A DNA stretch of 64,000 nucleotides from Candidatus Omnitrophota bacterium. GTDB lineage: Bacteria > Omnitrophota > Gorgyraeia > Zapsychrales > Fredricksoniimonadaceae. Below the pieces are notes generated by a model. That model was not told the origin of the DNA and ran no database searches. It worked only from the letters and a program-made list of their open reading frames with translations. The position numbers were made by a program, and so were the translations under genes. How positions within the stretch are numbered: position 1 is the stretch's first letter; the number at the start of each line of letters is the position of its first letter. This document shows, piece by piece, positions 1 through 10,237 of this stretch. The stretch spans positions 144-64,143 of the forward strand of contig JAUSEK010000019.1 in assembly GCA_030650275.1 (NCBI GenBank), written 5' to 3'.

Positions 1-1
1 G

Positions 2-3000
2 CTGGCCACCAATCCTTATGGCGATGCGCGCACCAAGGTGCTGGTTTTCCATGCCGAGATCCAGCAAAGGCCGTCGCATAATGAATTTTTGGGCACGGGC
101 GGGTCGCTGTATTTCCTTAAACACAAGGAGATCATCCAGGGCAGCGACAAGATCCGTTTGGAGGTGAGGGACAGGGTCACGGGTCTTCCCATCGGCAGCA
201 AGGTCATGAAAAACGGCGCGGACTATGAACTCGACGAGGGCGAAGGCAGGATCCTGTTCTGGCAGCCGGTCTCCATGATCGTCAAGGCGGAGTCCATCGT
301 CTCTGACGGGCTTTTGGAAGGCAATCCTGTTTACGTGGTCACGGATTATGAATACGCGGTCAAGGACAAACTGACTGAATCCAGCGAGGGTGGGCGCGTC
401 GCTCAAGCCGTGGGGGACAATGTTGTTGTGGGCGGCACCTATGTCAGGGAAACCCAGGCCGATAAGAATTATGAATTAAAAGGCGCGGACGTGACCGTCC
501 ATCTCGGGCCTGACGCGACCGTGAAAGCCGAGACCGCGCAGACCAGCGCGTCGAGCACCAGTTCATTCGTTTCCACCGACGGCGGCATCACGTTCACGAC
601 ATTGTCCACGGGCAACCTGGAAACCGGTTTGGCCTACGGCATCAAGGGCGACGCGCGCCTCTTTGACCGGCTGGGCTTAAGCAGTTATTACAAATGGATC
701 AGCAATGACTTTGCCACGACGGATTCCAGTTCACAGCAGGGCAAAGAATTGACCGGCATGACATTGACCTTTGACCTGACGCCGGTGACGCGTTTGACCG
801 CCCGTCGGGACATCCAGCGGCTTATGCAAAACAGCAACTTGCAGACCCAGGCGCAGGTCGGGGCCACGGAAACATCGACGACCATGGTGCAGATCGTGCA
901 TGAGGCCCAGCGCTTGAAACTGACCGGCGAATACCAGTTGACGCAGGTCAGAGAAAAGAAAGACGGGTTTGAAACAGCCACTAATCAGGAGCAGGCCGTT
1001 GTCGCGGGTAAGGCTGAATATTCGCTCACCGACCGCGTTGATGTGTTCTTGACCCAGCAGCTGGATATCAAGGACGCGTCCAAAGCCGTGACCACCGCCG
1101 GAGCGCAGGCGCGCCTCACGGACAAACTCACGCTGCGCGGCCAGGAGGCCTTCAGCAAGGAAGGCACGGCCATCAGCGCGGGACTGACGGCCAATGTGAC
1201 AGAGAAGCTGGCCCTTTCCTCCGATTATACGATCGCCCGCATGAACACAGGGGGAGTTGACAGGACCATGACCATCGGCGCCGAGCAGAAGGTCAATGAC
1301 AATATTTTTGCCTCCGGTTCAGTCGCAATGACGGAGTCCTCGACGGGGGACAAAACCACAACCGGTTCTCTGGGGACAAAGATGAAATTGTCCGACGCCA
1401 CATCATTGCAAGCGGCCATCGGCCAGACCCAGGCGGGCGGGGCCCAAGCCAAGAACGTGGCCTCTTTGCAGGCGACCACCCAGGTGGACAAGGATTCAAC
1501 GCTGTCCACCGCCTATCAGGTCAGCGGTGATGCCGCGACGGGGCAGACCAAGTCCCTCATCGTGGATGCCAGCCGCAAAGTGGATGACAAGACCTCCAGT
1601 TCTTCCAAGATGCAGGTGGATGAGGGCGCCGCGGGAGGCAAAACCACGACGCTGTCCTTCACCGATACCACAAAGATCAATGACCAGTTGCAGGCCGTGT
1701 CCGAGCGCACCTTCGGGATCGGGACCACCGGCATACAGCAGAATGCCAAATATGCCATCGTCCGCGACAAAGACGGCAAGAAACTGGAAGGCAGTTTGAC
1801 CCGCCAGCTTTCCCAGGACCAGACCGCCGTCACGCAATCGAATATTTTCGGCCTGTCGGGCGACGTCAACGACAGGGTGGCTTTGCTGGGCACCATTGAA
1901 AAAGGCCGTGTCCAGAACCTCGACGGGACGAGCACCAACCGCAGTGCGTTCACGCTGGGTACGGGATACGTGCTCAAGGACGTTGAAACGGCCGTCGAGC
2001 GCCTGACGAATTCCGCCAAGGTCGAACTGCGCCTGGACAATGGCGTTGAAAACAAACGCCAGTTTGTTTTTTATAACGCCCTGGAGGGCAAGCTCACGGA
2101 CAATCTCTCGGCGTCCGCCAAACTCCAGTATGACATCACCCAAAACATGACCACCAGGCAGGTTGAGGCCAGGCACAAGGAAATTATCCTCGGCACCGCG
2201 TACCGGCCCGTTAATTTTGACCGGTTGAACCTCATCGCCCAATATACGTATAAGGAAAATGTCGGCCCGTCGGGGCAGGTGAACGAGGCCGCCACGGATG
2301 TGACAGCCACCCGCGCGCAGGTTTTCTCCGGCGAAGCGGTGTATGATGTGGACGAGAACTGGCAGTTGGCCGAGAAATTCGCCCTGCGCATCAACGAGGA
2401 GAAGGTCACCGGTTTTGAGTTCAACAAGACGCACACCTGGCTTATGATCCACCGCATCAATTACCGCGTGGACCGCAACTGGCAGGTCAGCGGCGAATAC
2501 AGGCGGCTGACGCAGGCGGAGGCGAAGGACAGCAAGCAGGGCTTCCTGCTGGAAGCCACCCGCAACATCAACGACAACGCCCAGTTGGGGATCGGGTGGA
2601 ACTTCACCAATTTCAGCGACGATCTGACGTCGCTGAGTTATACATCCCAGGGGCCGTTCTTGCGCATGACCGGCAAGATGTATGACCGCACGCCGCAAGA
2701 AAAAGCGCGCGCCCGCGCCAAGTGGCTGGATGACCGGATCACGGAGTGGTCGTGGATCATGGTCAAAAAGGAATTGGCCAAACCCGGCAGCAAGGTCACC
2801 GCGGAACTCAATAATATGTTCGTCCTGGCCCAACAGGCGCAGAAAGCCGGCCGTTATGAGGAATCCAGACAGATCTATAAAGATGTGATCATGGCCGGAC
2901 AGATGATGTTTGATGAGGCCTCGCAGTATATCCGTTCCAAGATCGCTTTTGAGGAGAAATTGGAGGAATACAACAAGGCCGCGCAGGAGTATTTCAAAGG

Positions 3001-3073
3001 CGGCGAATATATCAAGGCCCGTAAATTATGGGAGAAAATAGTGGAAGACGCCCAAAAGCGTGTGATACAATAA
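2..3073 (+). CDS. Large envelope-associated protein, truncated at its 5' end. The body is Thr/Ser/Gly/Asp-rich and looks like an outer-membrane beta-barrel; the C-terminal tail is TPR-like and helical.
   Basis: The reading frame is open from the window edge; the GTG at 38 is only the track's first start. Long alternating beta-strand-like segments end in aromatic residues (..GIGWNFTNFSDDLT..). They are followed by a helical tail (EYFKGGEYIKARKLWEKI) resembling the repeat unit of the next gene. Confidence 0.35.
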   Translation: MATNPYGDARTKVLVFHAEIQQRPSHNEFLGTGGSLYFLKHKEIIQGSDKIRLEVRDRVTGLPIGSKVMKNGADYELDEGEGRILFWQPVSMIVKAESIVSDGLLEGNPVYVVTDYEYAVKDKLTESSEGGRVAQAVGDNVVVGGTYVRETQADKNYELKGADVTVHLGPDATVKAETAQTSASSTSSFVSTDGGITFTTLSTGNLETGLAYGIKGDARLFDRLGLSSYYKWISNDFATTDSSSQQGKELTGMTLTFDLTPVTRLTARRDIQRLMQNSNLQTQAQVGATETSTTMVQIVHEAQRLKLTGEYQLTQVREKKDGFETATNQEQAVVAGKAEYSLTDRVDVFLTQQLDIKDASKAVTTAGAQARLTDKLTLRGQEAFSKEGTAISAGLTANVTEKLALSSDYTIARMNTGGVDRTMTIGAEQKVNDNIFASGSVAMTESSTGDKTTTGSLGTKMKLSDATSLQAAIGQTQAGGAQAKNVASLQATTQVDKDSTLSTAYQVSGDAATGQTKSLIVDASRKVDDKTSSSSKMQVDEGAAGGKTTTLSFTDTTKINDQLQAVSERTFGIGTTGIQQNAKYAIVRDKDGKKLEGSLTRQLSQDQTAVTQSNIFGLSGDVNDRVALLGTIEKGRVQNLDGTSTNRSAFTLGTGYVLKDVETAVERLTNSAKVELRLDNGVENKRQFVFYNALEGKLTDNLSASAKLQYDITQNMTTRQVEARHKEIILGTAYRPVNFDRLNLIAQYTYKENVGPSGQVNEAATDVTATRAQVFSGEAVYDVDENWQLAEKFALRINEEKVTGFEFNKTHTWLMIHRINYRVDRNWQVSGEYRRLTQAEAKDSKQGFLLEATRNINDNAQLGIGWNFTNFSDDLTSLSYTSQGPFLRMTGKMYDRTPQEKARARAKWLDDRITEWSWIMVKKELAKPGSKVTAELNNMFVLAQQAQKAGRYEESRQIYKDVIMAGQMMFDEASQYIRSKIAFEEKLEEYNKAAQEYFKGGEYIKARKLWEKIVEDAQKRVIQ

Positions 3074-3081
3074 TTAAAATT

Positions 3082-6000
3082 ATGCGTTTTATCTCTATAT
3101 TATTTTTTATAAGTATCGGCCATTTTGTATGGGCCGAGGAGCCGCGCTCTGCTTTGGACAATACCCCTTCTGTGGAGACCGCGGCGGTCCCGGCTTCCAA
3201 GGCCGCAACTCCCGGAATAACTCCTGGCGCATCCGCCCCTGCCATCCAGGAACAGGCTCCGTCCAGTTACGTTTACGATCTTAAGAAACTCATCATCCAG
3301 TCCCGCGAAAATATCAAGCGCGTCAACGCAAAGATCAAAGACCAGGCCGTCATCAAGCGCAACCAGAAGCGTGAAGAACGGGCCAGGGAATATTATCAGC
3401 GCGGGATGCAATTGACCGACGAGGGAAAACTCGACGAAGCGCGTGAGTATTTTGAAAAGGCCGTGCGCATCACCGATCATCCTGAAATGATCGGCTATAT
3501 TAAGGAAAGCGAACGGCGGTTGAAACTGCAGGAACAGGCGATCAAGCACCAAGAGGTGCAGTACCTCAAACAGGAACAACAGGACGAGCGTTCCAAACAG
3601 GAGGACGCCCAGAACGCCTACCGGGAGGCCGTGGCCCTTTATAAAGAGAAAAAATATCAAGCCGCCAAAGACCAGTTTGAACATATTGATGCGCTGCTGC
3701 CCGATTACAAGGCCGTGCGCAGTTATCTGCGCATCCTGGACCAGGACATCATTGGGCAGGAAGCCCTGAATATCAAACAACAAAAGGTGGAGATCGAGCG
3801 CCAGAACAAGGAAGCCGAGATCGCCCGTGCGCGCGAGAAGGAGGTCTGGCGCCAGGAGATCGACCGCAAGGAAAAGGAACGCAAAGTCCAGGTCAACCAG
3901 CAGGCCGACAAGGTCTATAACGAAGCCGTCGCGCTTTATAAGGACAGGAAGTTTGCCGCGGCCAAAGAGAAATTTCAGGAAGTCGAATGGGTGGTCCCTG
4001 ATTACAAGGCCGGCCGGAATTATTTAAAGAACATTGATAAGGACATTGCCGACGAAGAAAAACGAACGGCTGTGCAGAGAGAAAAGGACCTGGAAAAACA
4101 GAAGTGGGAAGAAGAGGTCGCGCGCAAGAAAGAAGAGACCCAGCTCAAAGAGATCGAGGGGCAAAGGGAGAAAGAGCACCGCAAGCAGTTGGAAGAAGAG
4201 GCCCAGTTTGTTTATCAGGCAGCCCTGACATTATTTGACAAGGGGCTTTTGGACGAGGCTTTGGAGAAATTCAATGACATTGAGAAAACAGCGCCCGGTT
4301 TTAAGTCAACGCGTATTTATATCGCCAAGGTCGCGCAATTGAAAGAGAAGGAAAAACGGCGTCAGGACGAAGCGGCGGCCCAACAGGCACGTCAGAAGGT
4401 CCTCACCGATGAGAAAGCCAAACGGGACGCCGAAGAAGCCCAGCGCCGTCAATCGGCCCAGGACAAGGCGGCGAAAGAGAAGAAGGACCACGAAGCGCCT
4501 TTGGCGAAAAAACGCGCTGAATTGGAAGAGACCAGACGCCGCACACAGGAGGCCCAGCGGTCGTATGATGAGGGTATTGCTTTATACCGTCAAAAACAAT
4601 TTTTGCCTGCGAAAGAAAAATTTATGGCCGTGGCCAAAATTTTTCCGGATTTCAAGGACGCCAAAGAATATCTGAAGAAATCAGACGCGCAAGCTGTTGT
4701 CATTGTCTTACAACCGCCTCCCAAGCCGGCACGGCCTCCCAAGCCGGTACAGGTTCCCAAGCCCCAGCAGAATGCATCCAAAGAAGAACAGATGAAAGAG
4801 GCCCGGACCATCGCGGAATTGGCCCAGAGGTCCGCGGCGTTATATAAACAGATCTCCGCTTTGACCAGTGACCGCTATACCGTTACTGCCAAACGTAAAC
4901 TATCCAAGGTGGAAGACGTTTTAAACGGCCTTAAAGCGCAGAAAGAACATTTGTTGCGCCAGATGCGTGAGGAAGAAGAGCGCGCCCATCGCGCCCAGGT
5001 CGCGCAAGTGTACGATGAGGGCATCGTTGCTTTGAGGAACCATGATTTTGACGGGGCCAGGACCAAATTCCTGGAATTGGAAAATACGTCGCCGGATTAC
5101 AAGGCCACCCGTTCGTATTTGCAGCGGATCGAACAGGACAGGGAGCGCGCCGGACAGCAGGCGGTCCTGGAACGCACCCGGGCGGAAGAGACGCGTGCCA
5201 AGGAACTTGAGGAAAAACAACGGCGGGAAGAAACCGCGCGCGCGGCCGCTGAAGAAGACCGCAAACGCCAGTTGCGTCAGGCGCAGGAAGAAGAGATCCG
5301 TGGTTTTGCGGAGAAGGCCGCCATCCTTAATGATGATATCCTTAGGCTTGCCAAGGAACACAATTTTGACGAGGCCAAGGCCAAATTTGAAGAATTAGAG
5401 AAAGTGGTGGTTTCTTTAAAAGCCACCAAGGAAGCCATGGAATCAGGCCAGGCCAAAGAACAAGAAGCAAAGAAGCTGGCCCAGGACACACACCAGCTCA
5501 AAGAGACCCGGAAAACCGCGCGGGAAAAAGAACAGGCGCGTCAGAAAAAATTGATCAATGCCCTTGAGGTCCAGAAGAAAGAGATGGAAGGCCAGCGTCG
5601 GCAGGAGCGTTTGAATCCGAAGGAAGAGCTGACCCCCAAAGAGAGCCAGGAACGGATCGATCTTTCCAATAAGCGCAAGAAATATTTGGAGCGGGAAGAA
5701 CAGCGCAAGCAGGAAATGGAGCGCCGCCGTCAGGAAGCCGAACGCCTGGAGCGCGAACGTCAGGGGAGGTCTTCGGATGCCCCCAAAGCCGGTCAGATGC
5801 AAAAGAAACTGGAGGCCGAACGCGCCGTTTTGCGCAAACAGCTGGAAGACGGGGTGGAGGCCTTATACCAGGAAGCCATAGTTTTGTATAAAGCGGGCAA
5901 ATACATCGACGCTATCGAGAGATTCAATGATGTGCAGGATATTATCCCTGATTACAAACAATCCAAAGACCTTATGAAAAAAGCCATACAATTTTCAGTA

Positions 6001-6084
6001 AAGCCCCAGGAAAATATTCCCGGCGTGTCCCGCAATAAAGCCGTCAAAAACGCCCTCGACCGTTTCGAACCCAATGTCCGTTAA
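3082..6084 (+). CDS. Secreted protein of about 1000 aa made of charged (KEKE-type) coiled coil interrupted by a roughly 40-aa TPR-like unit repeated 6-7 times, plus a Pro-rich [17 protein letters not shown] linker. TolA-like or fibrous periplasm-spanning architecture.
   Basis: The ATG at 3082 gives an N-terminal signal peptide, [18 protein letters not shown]. The motif [AV]Y.EA[VI]ALYK..K[YF].AAK..F........PDYKA.R.YL..I recurs at about aa 197, 290, 390, 505, 660, 940. Long Glu/Lys/Arg/Gln runs lie between copies. Confidence 0.45.
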   Translation: MRFISILFFISIGHFVWAEEPRSALDNTPSVETAAVPASKAATPGITPGASAPAIQEQAPSSYVYDLKKLIIQSRENIKRVNAKIKDQAVIKRNQKREERAREYYQRGMQLTDEGKLDEAREYFEKAVRITDHPEMIGYIKESERRLKLQEQAIKHQEVQYLKQEQQDERSKQEDAQNAYREAVALYKEKKYQAAKDQFEHIDALLPDYKAVRSYLRILDQDIIGQEALNIKQQKVEIERQNKEAEIARAREKEVWRQEIDRKEKERKVQVNQQADKVYNEAVALYKDRKFAAAKEKFQEVEWVVPDYKAGRNYLKNIDKDIADEEKRTAVQREKDLEKQKWEEEVARKKEETQLKEIEGQREKEHRKQLEEEAQFVYQAALTLFDKGLLDEALEKFNDIEKTAPGFKSTRIYIAKVAQLKEKEKRRQDEAAAQQARQKVLTDEKAKRDAEEAQRRQSAQDKAAKEKKDHEAPLAKKRAELEETRRRTQEAQRSYDEGIALYRQKQFLPAKEKFMAVAKIFPDFKDAKEYLKKSDAQAVVIVLQPPPKPARPPKPVQVPKPQQNASKEEQMKEARTIAELAQRSAALYKQISALTSDRYTVTAKRKLSKVEDVLNGLKAQKEHLLRQMREEEERAHRAQVAQVYDEGIVALRNHDFDGARTKFLELENTSPDYKATRSYLQRIEQDRERAGQQAVLERTRAEETRAKELEEKQRREETARAAAEEDRKRQLRQAQEEEIRGFAEKAAILNDDILRLAKEHNFDEAKAKFEELEKVVVSLKATKEAMESGQAKEQEAKKLAQDTHQLKETRKTAREKEQARQKKLINALEVQKKEMEGQRRQERLNPKEELTPKESQERIDLSNKRKKYLEREEQRKQEMERRRQEAERLERERQGRSSDAPKAGQMQKKLEAERAVLRKQLEDGVEALYQEAIVLYKAGKYIDAIERFNDVQDIIPDYKQSKDLMKKAIQFSVKPQENIPGVSRNKAVKNALDRFEPNVR

Positions 6085-8125
6085 TCGGCTTGGAGCTGAA
6101 CAAAGTCCGTATCTGCTCCAGCACTCTAATAACCCGGTGTTCTGGTATCCATGGGGCCCGCAGGCCTTTGCCGCGGCTGTTGGCGCGGACAAGCCCATCC
6201 TTTTATCCATCGGATATTCCACCTGCCATTGGTGCCATGTCATGGCGCATGAGTCCTTTGAAAATGAAGATATCGCGAATGTCCTCAATGACCATTTTAT
6301 AGCGGTCAAGGTGGACCGCGAAGAGCGGCCGGATGTGGACCATGTGTATATGGCGGCCGTTGTTGCCATGACCGGACAGGGCGGATGGCCGCTGACGGTA
6401 TTTTTGACCCCCGACGGGAAACCATTTTACGGGGGCACGTATTTTCCTCCTTATGCCCAAAGCGGGTCACAGGGGTTTAAAGATATCCTGCTGTCCGTTG
6501 CCGATGCCTGGCGCAACAACCGTGAGGGCATCTTATCGTCTTCGGATGAGATCACACGATCGTTGAACGTAGGGGCACGGCATGCCGTGCCCCTACAGGA
6601 TGAATTATCGGGATCGGTACTGGATGCGGCATTCCGCCAGATGTCCGCCCATTTTGACGCGGCCAACGGCGGTTTCGGTTCCAGCCCCAAATTTCCCATG
6701 CCGCACGGACTTGGGTTCTTATTGCGCCATCATCACCGCACTAAGGATCAAAAGGCGCTGGTCATGGTCGAACAGACGCTCGCGGCCATGGCCCGCGGCG
6801 GGATCTGGGACCATATCGGTTTCGGTTTTCATCGTTATTCGACGGATGCCCGATGGCATGTCCCGCATTTTGAGAAAATGCTTTATGACCAGGCCCTTTT
6901 GGCCCGCGTTTATCTGGAGGCGTTCCAGGTCACGGGTCAAAAAACATACGCTGATATTGCCGAAAATATTTTTACTTATGTTTTAAGGGACATGCGTCAG
7001 CCCGAAGGCGGTTTTTATTGCGCTGAAGATGCAGATAGCCCTGTAGGGGCGATTCCTGCCTGCCGGCAGGCAGGAATAATCGCCCATACAATCAATAAGG
7101 AAGGCGCATTCTACGTCTGGACCCACAAAGAGATCATTGAAATTCTGGGCCCCAAAGAGGCAGATGCATTTTGCGCGTGGTATGGCGTCAAGCCCGACGG
7201 CAACGCGGCCTTCGATCCCCACGGTGAGTTTGTCGGCAAGAATATTCTTTTTCTTTCCAAAGATCCCGAGGATGAACACATGGCGACCCTTTGCCGTCAA
7301 CAGCTGTTTGAACGTCGGCAGACGCGTCCGCGGCCGCATTTGGATGATAAGGTCATCGTTGACTGGAACGGGCTTATGATCTCTGCTCTGGCTTTCGGCG
7401 GGCGCGTTTTGGGCAAAGAGCGATACGTGGATGCTGCCCGGGCAGCTGCTGATTTCATTTTATCCCATCTCGTGGATGATGGACGGCTTGTCCATCGCTG
7501 GAGACAGGGACAGGCGGGGATCCCGGCCACGCTGGAGGACTATGCGTTTTTTATGACAGGTCTCATTGACTTGTATGAGGCGTCTTTTGAGGGAAAATAT
7601 CTGGAGCAAGCCAGACGTTTGGCCCGTGTGATGCAGGAATTGTTTGAAGATGATGTTAACGGCGGTTTTTACATGACCGCCCGCGATGCCCAAACCCTGA
7701 TCACGCGGCCCAAAGAGATCTACGACGGGGCCATCCCGTCGGGTAATTCAGCGTCGGCGCTGGCCTTGCTGCGTTTGCACGCGTTGACCGGCGAAGAGGG
7801 GTTTTACGCAAGCGCATCGCGCATCTTCGCGTGTTTTTCCGGCGCTATCAGCCAGGCGCCGTCTGCTTACACACTGGCCCTGTGCGCTTATGATTTTTAC
7901 CGCGAGGGAGCGACACAGGTGGTGTTGTCAGGGCCGCCCGGCGAAGCCATTGCCAAAATGACGAAAGTGTTGTATAAACATTTTGTTCCAAATAAGTCCG
8001 TGGTTCACGAAGCAGGGGCGCCAAGGGTCATGGTACGCGTTTGTAAAGGAAGGACATGCCTGACCCCGACGGACGATCCCGCGGTCCTGGAACGCCAGAT
8101 CGGAGATGTTCATGAAGGCCGTTAA
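6074..8125 (+). CDS. Thioredoxin-domain protein of the DUF255/YyaL family, with an N-acyl-glucosamine-epimerase-like alpha/alpha-toroid C-terminus.
   Basis: The N-terminus [23 protein letters not shown]...[15 protein letters not shown] is the hallmark of YyaL/spermatogenesis-associated-20-like proteins. Length 683 aa. Confidence 0.8.
   Translation: MSVNRLGAEQSPYLLQHSNNPVFWYPWGPQAFAAAVGADKPILLSIGYSTCHWCHVMAHESFENEDIANVLNDHFIAVKVDREERPDVDHVYMAAVVAMTGQGGWPLTVFLTPDGKPFYGGTYFPPYAQSGSQGFKDILLSVADAWRNNREGILSSSDEITRSLNVGARHAVPLQDELSGSVLDAAFRQMSAHFDAANGGFGSSPKFPMPHGLGFLLRHHHRTKDQKALVMVEQTLAAMARGGIWDHIGFGFHRYSTDARWHVPHFEKMLYDQALLARVYLEAFQVTGQKTYADIAENIFTYVLRDMRQPEGGFYCAEDADSPVGAIPACRQAGIIAHTINKEGAFYVWTHKEIIEILGPKEADAFCAWYGVKPDGNAAFDPHGEFVGKNILFLSKDPEDEHMATLCRQQLFERRQTRPRPHLDDKVIVDWNGLMISALAFGGRVLGKERYVDAARAAADFILSHLVDDGRLVHRWRQGQAGIPATLEDYAFFMTGLIDLYEASFEGKYLEQARRLARVMQELFEDDVNGGFYMTARDAQTLITRPKEIYDGAIPSGNSASALALLRLHALTGEEGFYASASRIFACFSGAISQAPSAYTLALCAYDFYREGATQVVLSGPPGEAIAKMTKVLYKHFVPNKSVVHEAGAPRVMVRVCKGRTCLTPTDDPAVLERQIGDVHEGR
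6569..6596. repeat. Palindromic element GTAGGGGCACGGCATGCCGTGCCCCTAC, a perfect 28-bp palindrome, flanked by ACGT...AGGA and embedded in-frame inside the yyaL-like CDS.
   Basis: Read directly. Related copies lie at 30646-30673 and 62569-62596. Confidence 0.8.
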
Positions 8126-9104
8126 ATTTTTTTTTCTTGCCTTAGGGATCCTTTTCGTTGTCGTTGCCATTGCCGCGTTCATTTTTATCAAAACATTCAA
8201 TGTGAATACGTATTTGCCCCAGATCACCAAAGCCGCCTCCGACGCCTTGGGGCGCGAGGTGAGCATCGCCGCCGCAGGCCTCGATTTTTCCTGGCAGGGG
8301 ATCGCCGTGGATGTTTTTGACATCCGCGTGGCCGGAGAGCCTTCCATTGAGGCGGGCAAAGCCAGCGTGCAGATGGGGCTCATGCCGCTCTTAAGACAGC
8401 GCAAGGTCCATGTCACTCATATCATTATTTCAGACATCAGGGTCAATGCCGGTGATGCACAGACACCTTTGGACATACGGATCCCGAAGCTGGAGGCCCA
8501 TGTCAATGACCTGTCTTTGGATGCCCCTTTGCCTGTCAGCGGGGAGGCGTTCTTTACCGACGGCCGTCTGGAGAATTTCAATGTCCTTAAGGCCGTGCTG
8601 GGTCGTATCAATGTCATTCCCGGCTTGGGAGAACAGATCGAGGGTTTGTTGTCGGAAACGCTCAGGGAAAAATTAGGGGGCGATACCACCGCCCTGGATA
8701 GGGTGCGGGTAAAATTCACGCTCCGCCAGGGGCAAATTTTGATCGATGATGCCGTGGTCCAATCCCCGCTCTTCGAGGCCGGGATCAAAGGCACGGCCGG
8801 TTTTGACGGGAACGTCAGCATGGATGTGTCTTTTTATGCGGCCAAGGACCTGTCGCAGGAGATCACGCGTTTCATTACACCGCTTCAGGGCATTCTGGAC
8901 CAGGACGGGCGTTTATATGTTCCCGGCAAACTCATCGGTCAGGCGCCGAAGGTCCGTTATGTTCCGAACGCCGGCTATCTGGCCAAAAAGATCGTGACCG
9001 GCGAGGGGATCAAGCAGATCAGCCAACAGTTGGAGAAAGTGCTGGATAAGAACCCCGAAGTCAAAGAGATCCTCAACAGTGTCCTTAACGGTATTTTTAA
9101 ATGA
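8106..9104 (+). CDS. AsmA-like or DUF748-type protein with an N-terminal membrane anchor.
   Basis: The N-terminal TM helix [22 protein letters not shown] is followed by a beta-rich domain of the kind seen in the AsmA family. Assignment is by general resemblance only. Confidence 0.4.
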   Translation: MFMKAVKFFFLALGILFVVVAIAAFIFIKTFNVNTYLPQITKAASDALGREVSIAAAGLDFSWQGIAVDVFDIRVAGEPSIEAGKASVQMGLMPLLRQRKVHVTHIIISDIRVNAGDAQTPLDIRIPKLEAHVNDLSLDAPLPVSGEAFFTDGRLENFNVLKAVLGRINVIPGLGEQIEGLLSETLREKLGGDTTALDRVRVKFTLRQGQILIDDAVVQSPLFEAGIKGTAGFDGNVSMDVSFYAAKDLSQEITRFITPLQGILDQDGRLYVPGKLIGQAPKVRYVPNAGYLAKKIVTGEGIKQISQQLEKVLDKNPEVKEILNSVLNGIFK

Positions 9105-9208
9105 CCATGACGGGTAAGACAAAATTCAGCGGGGCCGTCGTTGTCGTGGTCATTTTAGCCATGGCGATCGCGTATTATCTGGTTTTTCGTCACGCTGTAA
9201 TTAAGTAG
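9101..9208 (+). CDS. Possible small (35 aa) single-TM membrane protein.
   Basis: The ATG overlaps the preceding stop (ATGA). The hydrophobic core is AVVVVVILAMAIAYYLVF. It lies below the ORF-track size cutoff. Confidence 0.2.
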   Translation: MTMTGKTKFSGAVVVVVILAMAIAYYLVFRHAVIK

Positions 9209-9290
9209 CCACCTATTATGGGGACACCCACCGTAACCTTAATTAAAGCGGGGACATGGCCGTAATTAAGGTTACGGTGGGTGTCCCCAG
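9197..9290. repeat. Nested palindromic element. A 27-bp-arm hairpin (GGGGACACCCACCGTAACCTTAATTAA / TTAATTAAGGTTACGGTGGGTGTCCCC, loop AGCGGGGACATGGCC) is preceded by GTAATTAAGTAGCCACC.
   Basis: Read directly, with a 26/27 arm match. It shares TTATGGGGACA with the element at 34441 and AATTAAGGTTACGG.GGGTG with the element at 22101. Confidence 0.8.
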
Positions 9291-9305
9291 ACTGGGTACT
9301 CATTT

Positions 9306-9731
9306 ATGCCTTGTTCCGACAGCACTTCCGGTTTGAATATCACGCTGGACGCCCACGAGCGTTTGGTCAAATTTGAATTCGCCAAGATCACCTGTTCCAG
9401 CGAGATCGCGGGAAATACGGGTTTGTCCAAATTTTGCGCGGGCAAGACCATCCAGGAAATTCTGGATCTGGATTTTTATATGCTGGCTTCCGCGCTTGAC
9501 CTCAACACGGAGGAAGAAAGGCAGTTTATCCTGTATTTGGAACTTGATGCTTTAAAGGCGGGGTTGGCGCAATACCTTGGAGTGGACCATCCGTCGGTGG
9601 ACCGCGAACGCTGCCGCATCACGTCCATTGAATATGCGCCTGATCTTATTGAAATTGCCGAAGTGATCTTACCGCCGAAGGAACTTCCGAAGATCTTGCC
9701 CTGCAGTTTGAAAGACAGGCCCGTGGTTTAG
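9306..9731 (+). CDS. Hypothetical protein.
   Basis: A 141-aa ORF in an otherwise unexplained gap, converging on ilvN. No recognisable motif. Confidence 0.3.
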   Translation: MPCSDSTSGLNITLDAHERLVKFEFAKITCSSEIAGNTGLSKFCAGKTIQEILDLDFYMLASALDLNTEEERQFILYLELDALKAGLAQYLGVDHPSVDRERCRITSIEYAPDLIEIAEVILPPKELPKILPCSLKDRPVV

Positions 9732-10228
9732 GTTTCTTTTTTACCCTTGGCCATTAAAATTTTGCCCGTCCGCACCATCTCCACCACACCGTATTTTTTC
9801 GCCATGGCCTCAAATTCGTTCAACTGGGCGGTGGTCCCGGTCTGTTCAATGATGTAATATTTTTCGGAAGAATCATCGATCTTGACGTGGAATTTGCGCG
9901 CGGCCTTGGTGACAAAGGCCTTGACCGCGGGCGACGCCTTCAATTTGACCAGGGACAGTTCTTTTTCAACGCTGTGGGCCATGTCATGTTCGCCGCAATG
10001 GATGACGTCCACCAATTTGCCCGCGTTCTTGATGATCTGGTCCAGGGTTTCCAGGTTTCCCCTGGCCGTGAGGGTCATGCGTGAATATTTCGGGTTGACC
10101 GTGGGGGAGACCACCAGAGAGTCAATGTTATAACCGCGCCGGGCAAAGACCAAAGCGATGCGCACCAGCACTCCGGGCTTATTGGCCACGAGCACGCTGA
10201 TCGTATGGGAAGGGTCGGTATTTTTCAT
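9728..10228 (-). CDS. ilvN: Acetolactate synthase small (regulatory) subunit with an ACT domain.
   Basis: SVLVANKPGVLVRIALVFARRGYNIDSLVV is the ACT-domain signature of IlvH/IlvN. It sits directly downstream of the large subunit. Confidence 0.85.
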   Translation of the reverse strand: MKNTDPSHTISVLVANKPGVLVRIALVFARRGYNIDSLVVSPTVNPKYSRMTLTARGNLETLDQIIKNAGKLVDVIHCGEHDMAHSVEKELSLVKLKASPAVKAFVTKAARKFHVKIDDSSEKYYIIEQTGTTAQLNEFEAMAKKYGVVEMVRTGKILMAKGKKET

Positions 10229-10237
10229 ATTGGTCCC

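Noticed and set aside
1496-2833. A 445-aa minus-strand ORF, plus several shorter ORFs on both strands, inside the first large gene.
   Set aside because: It runs antisense through a high-GC coding region. The translation is a low-complexity Gly/Arg/Leu/Val-rich string typical of a shadow ORF, and it has no start context. The sense-strand gene is better supported.
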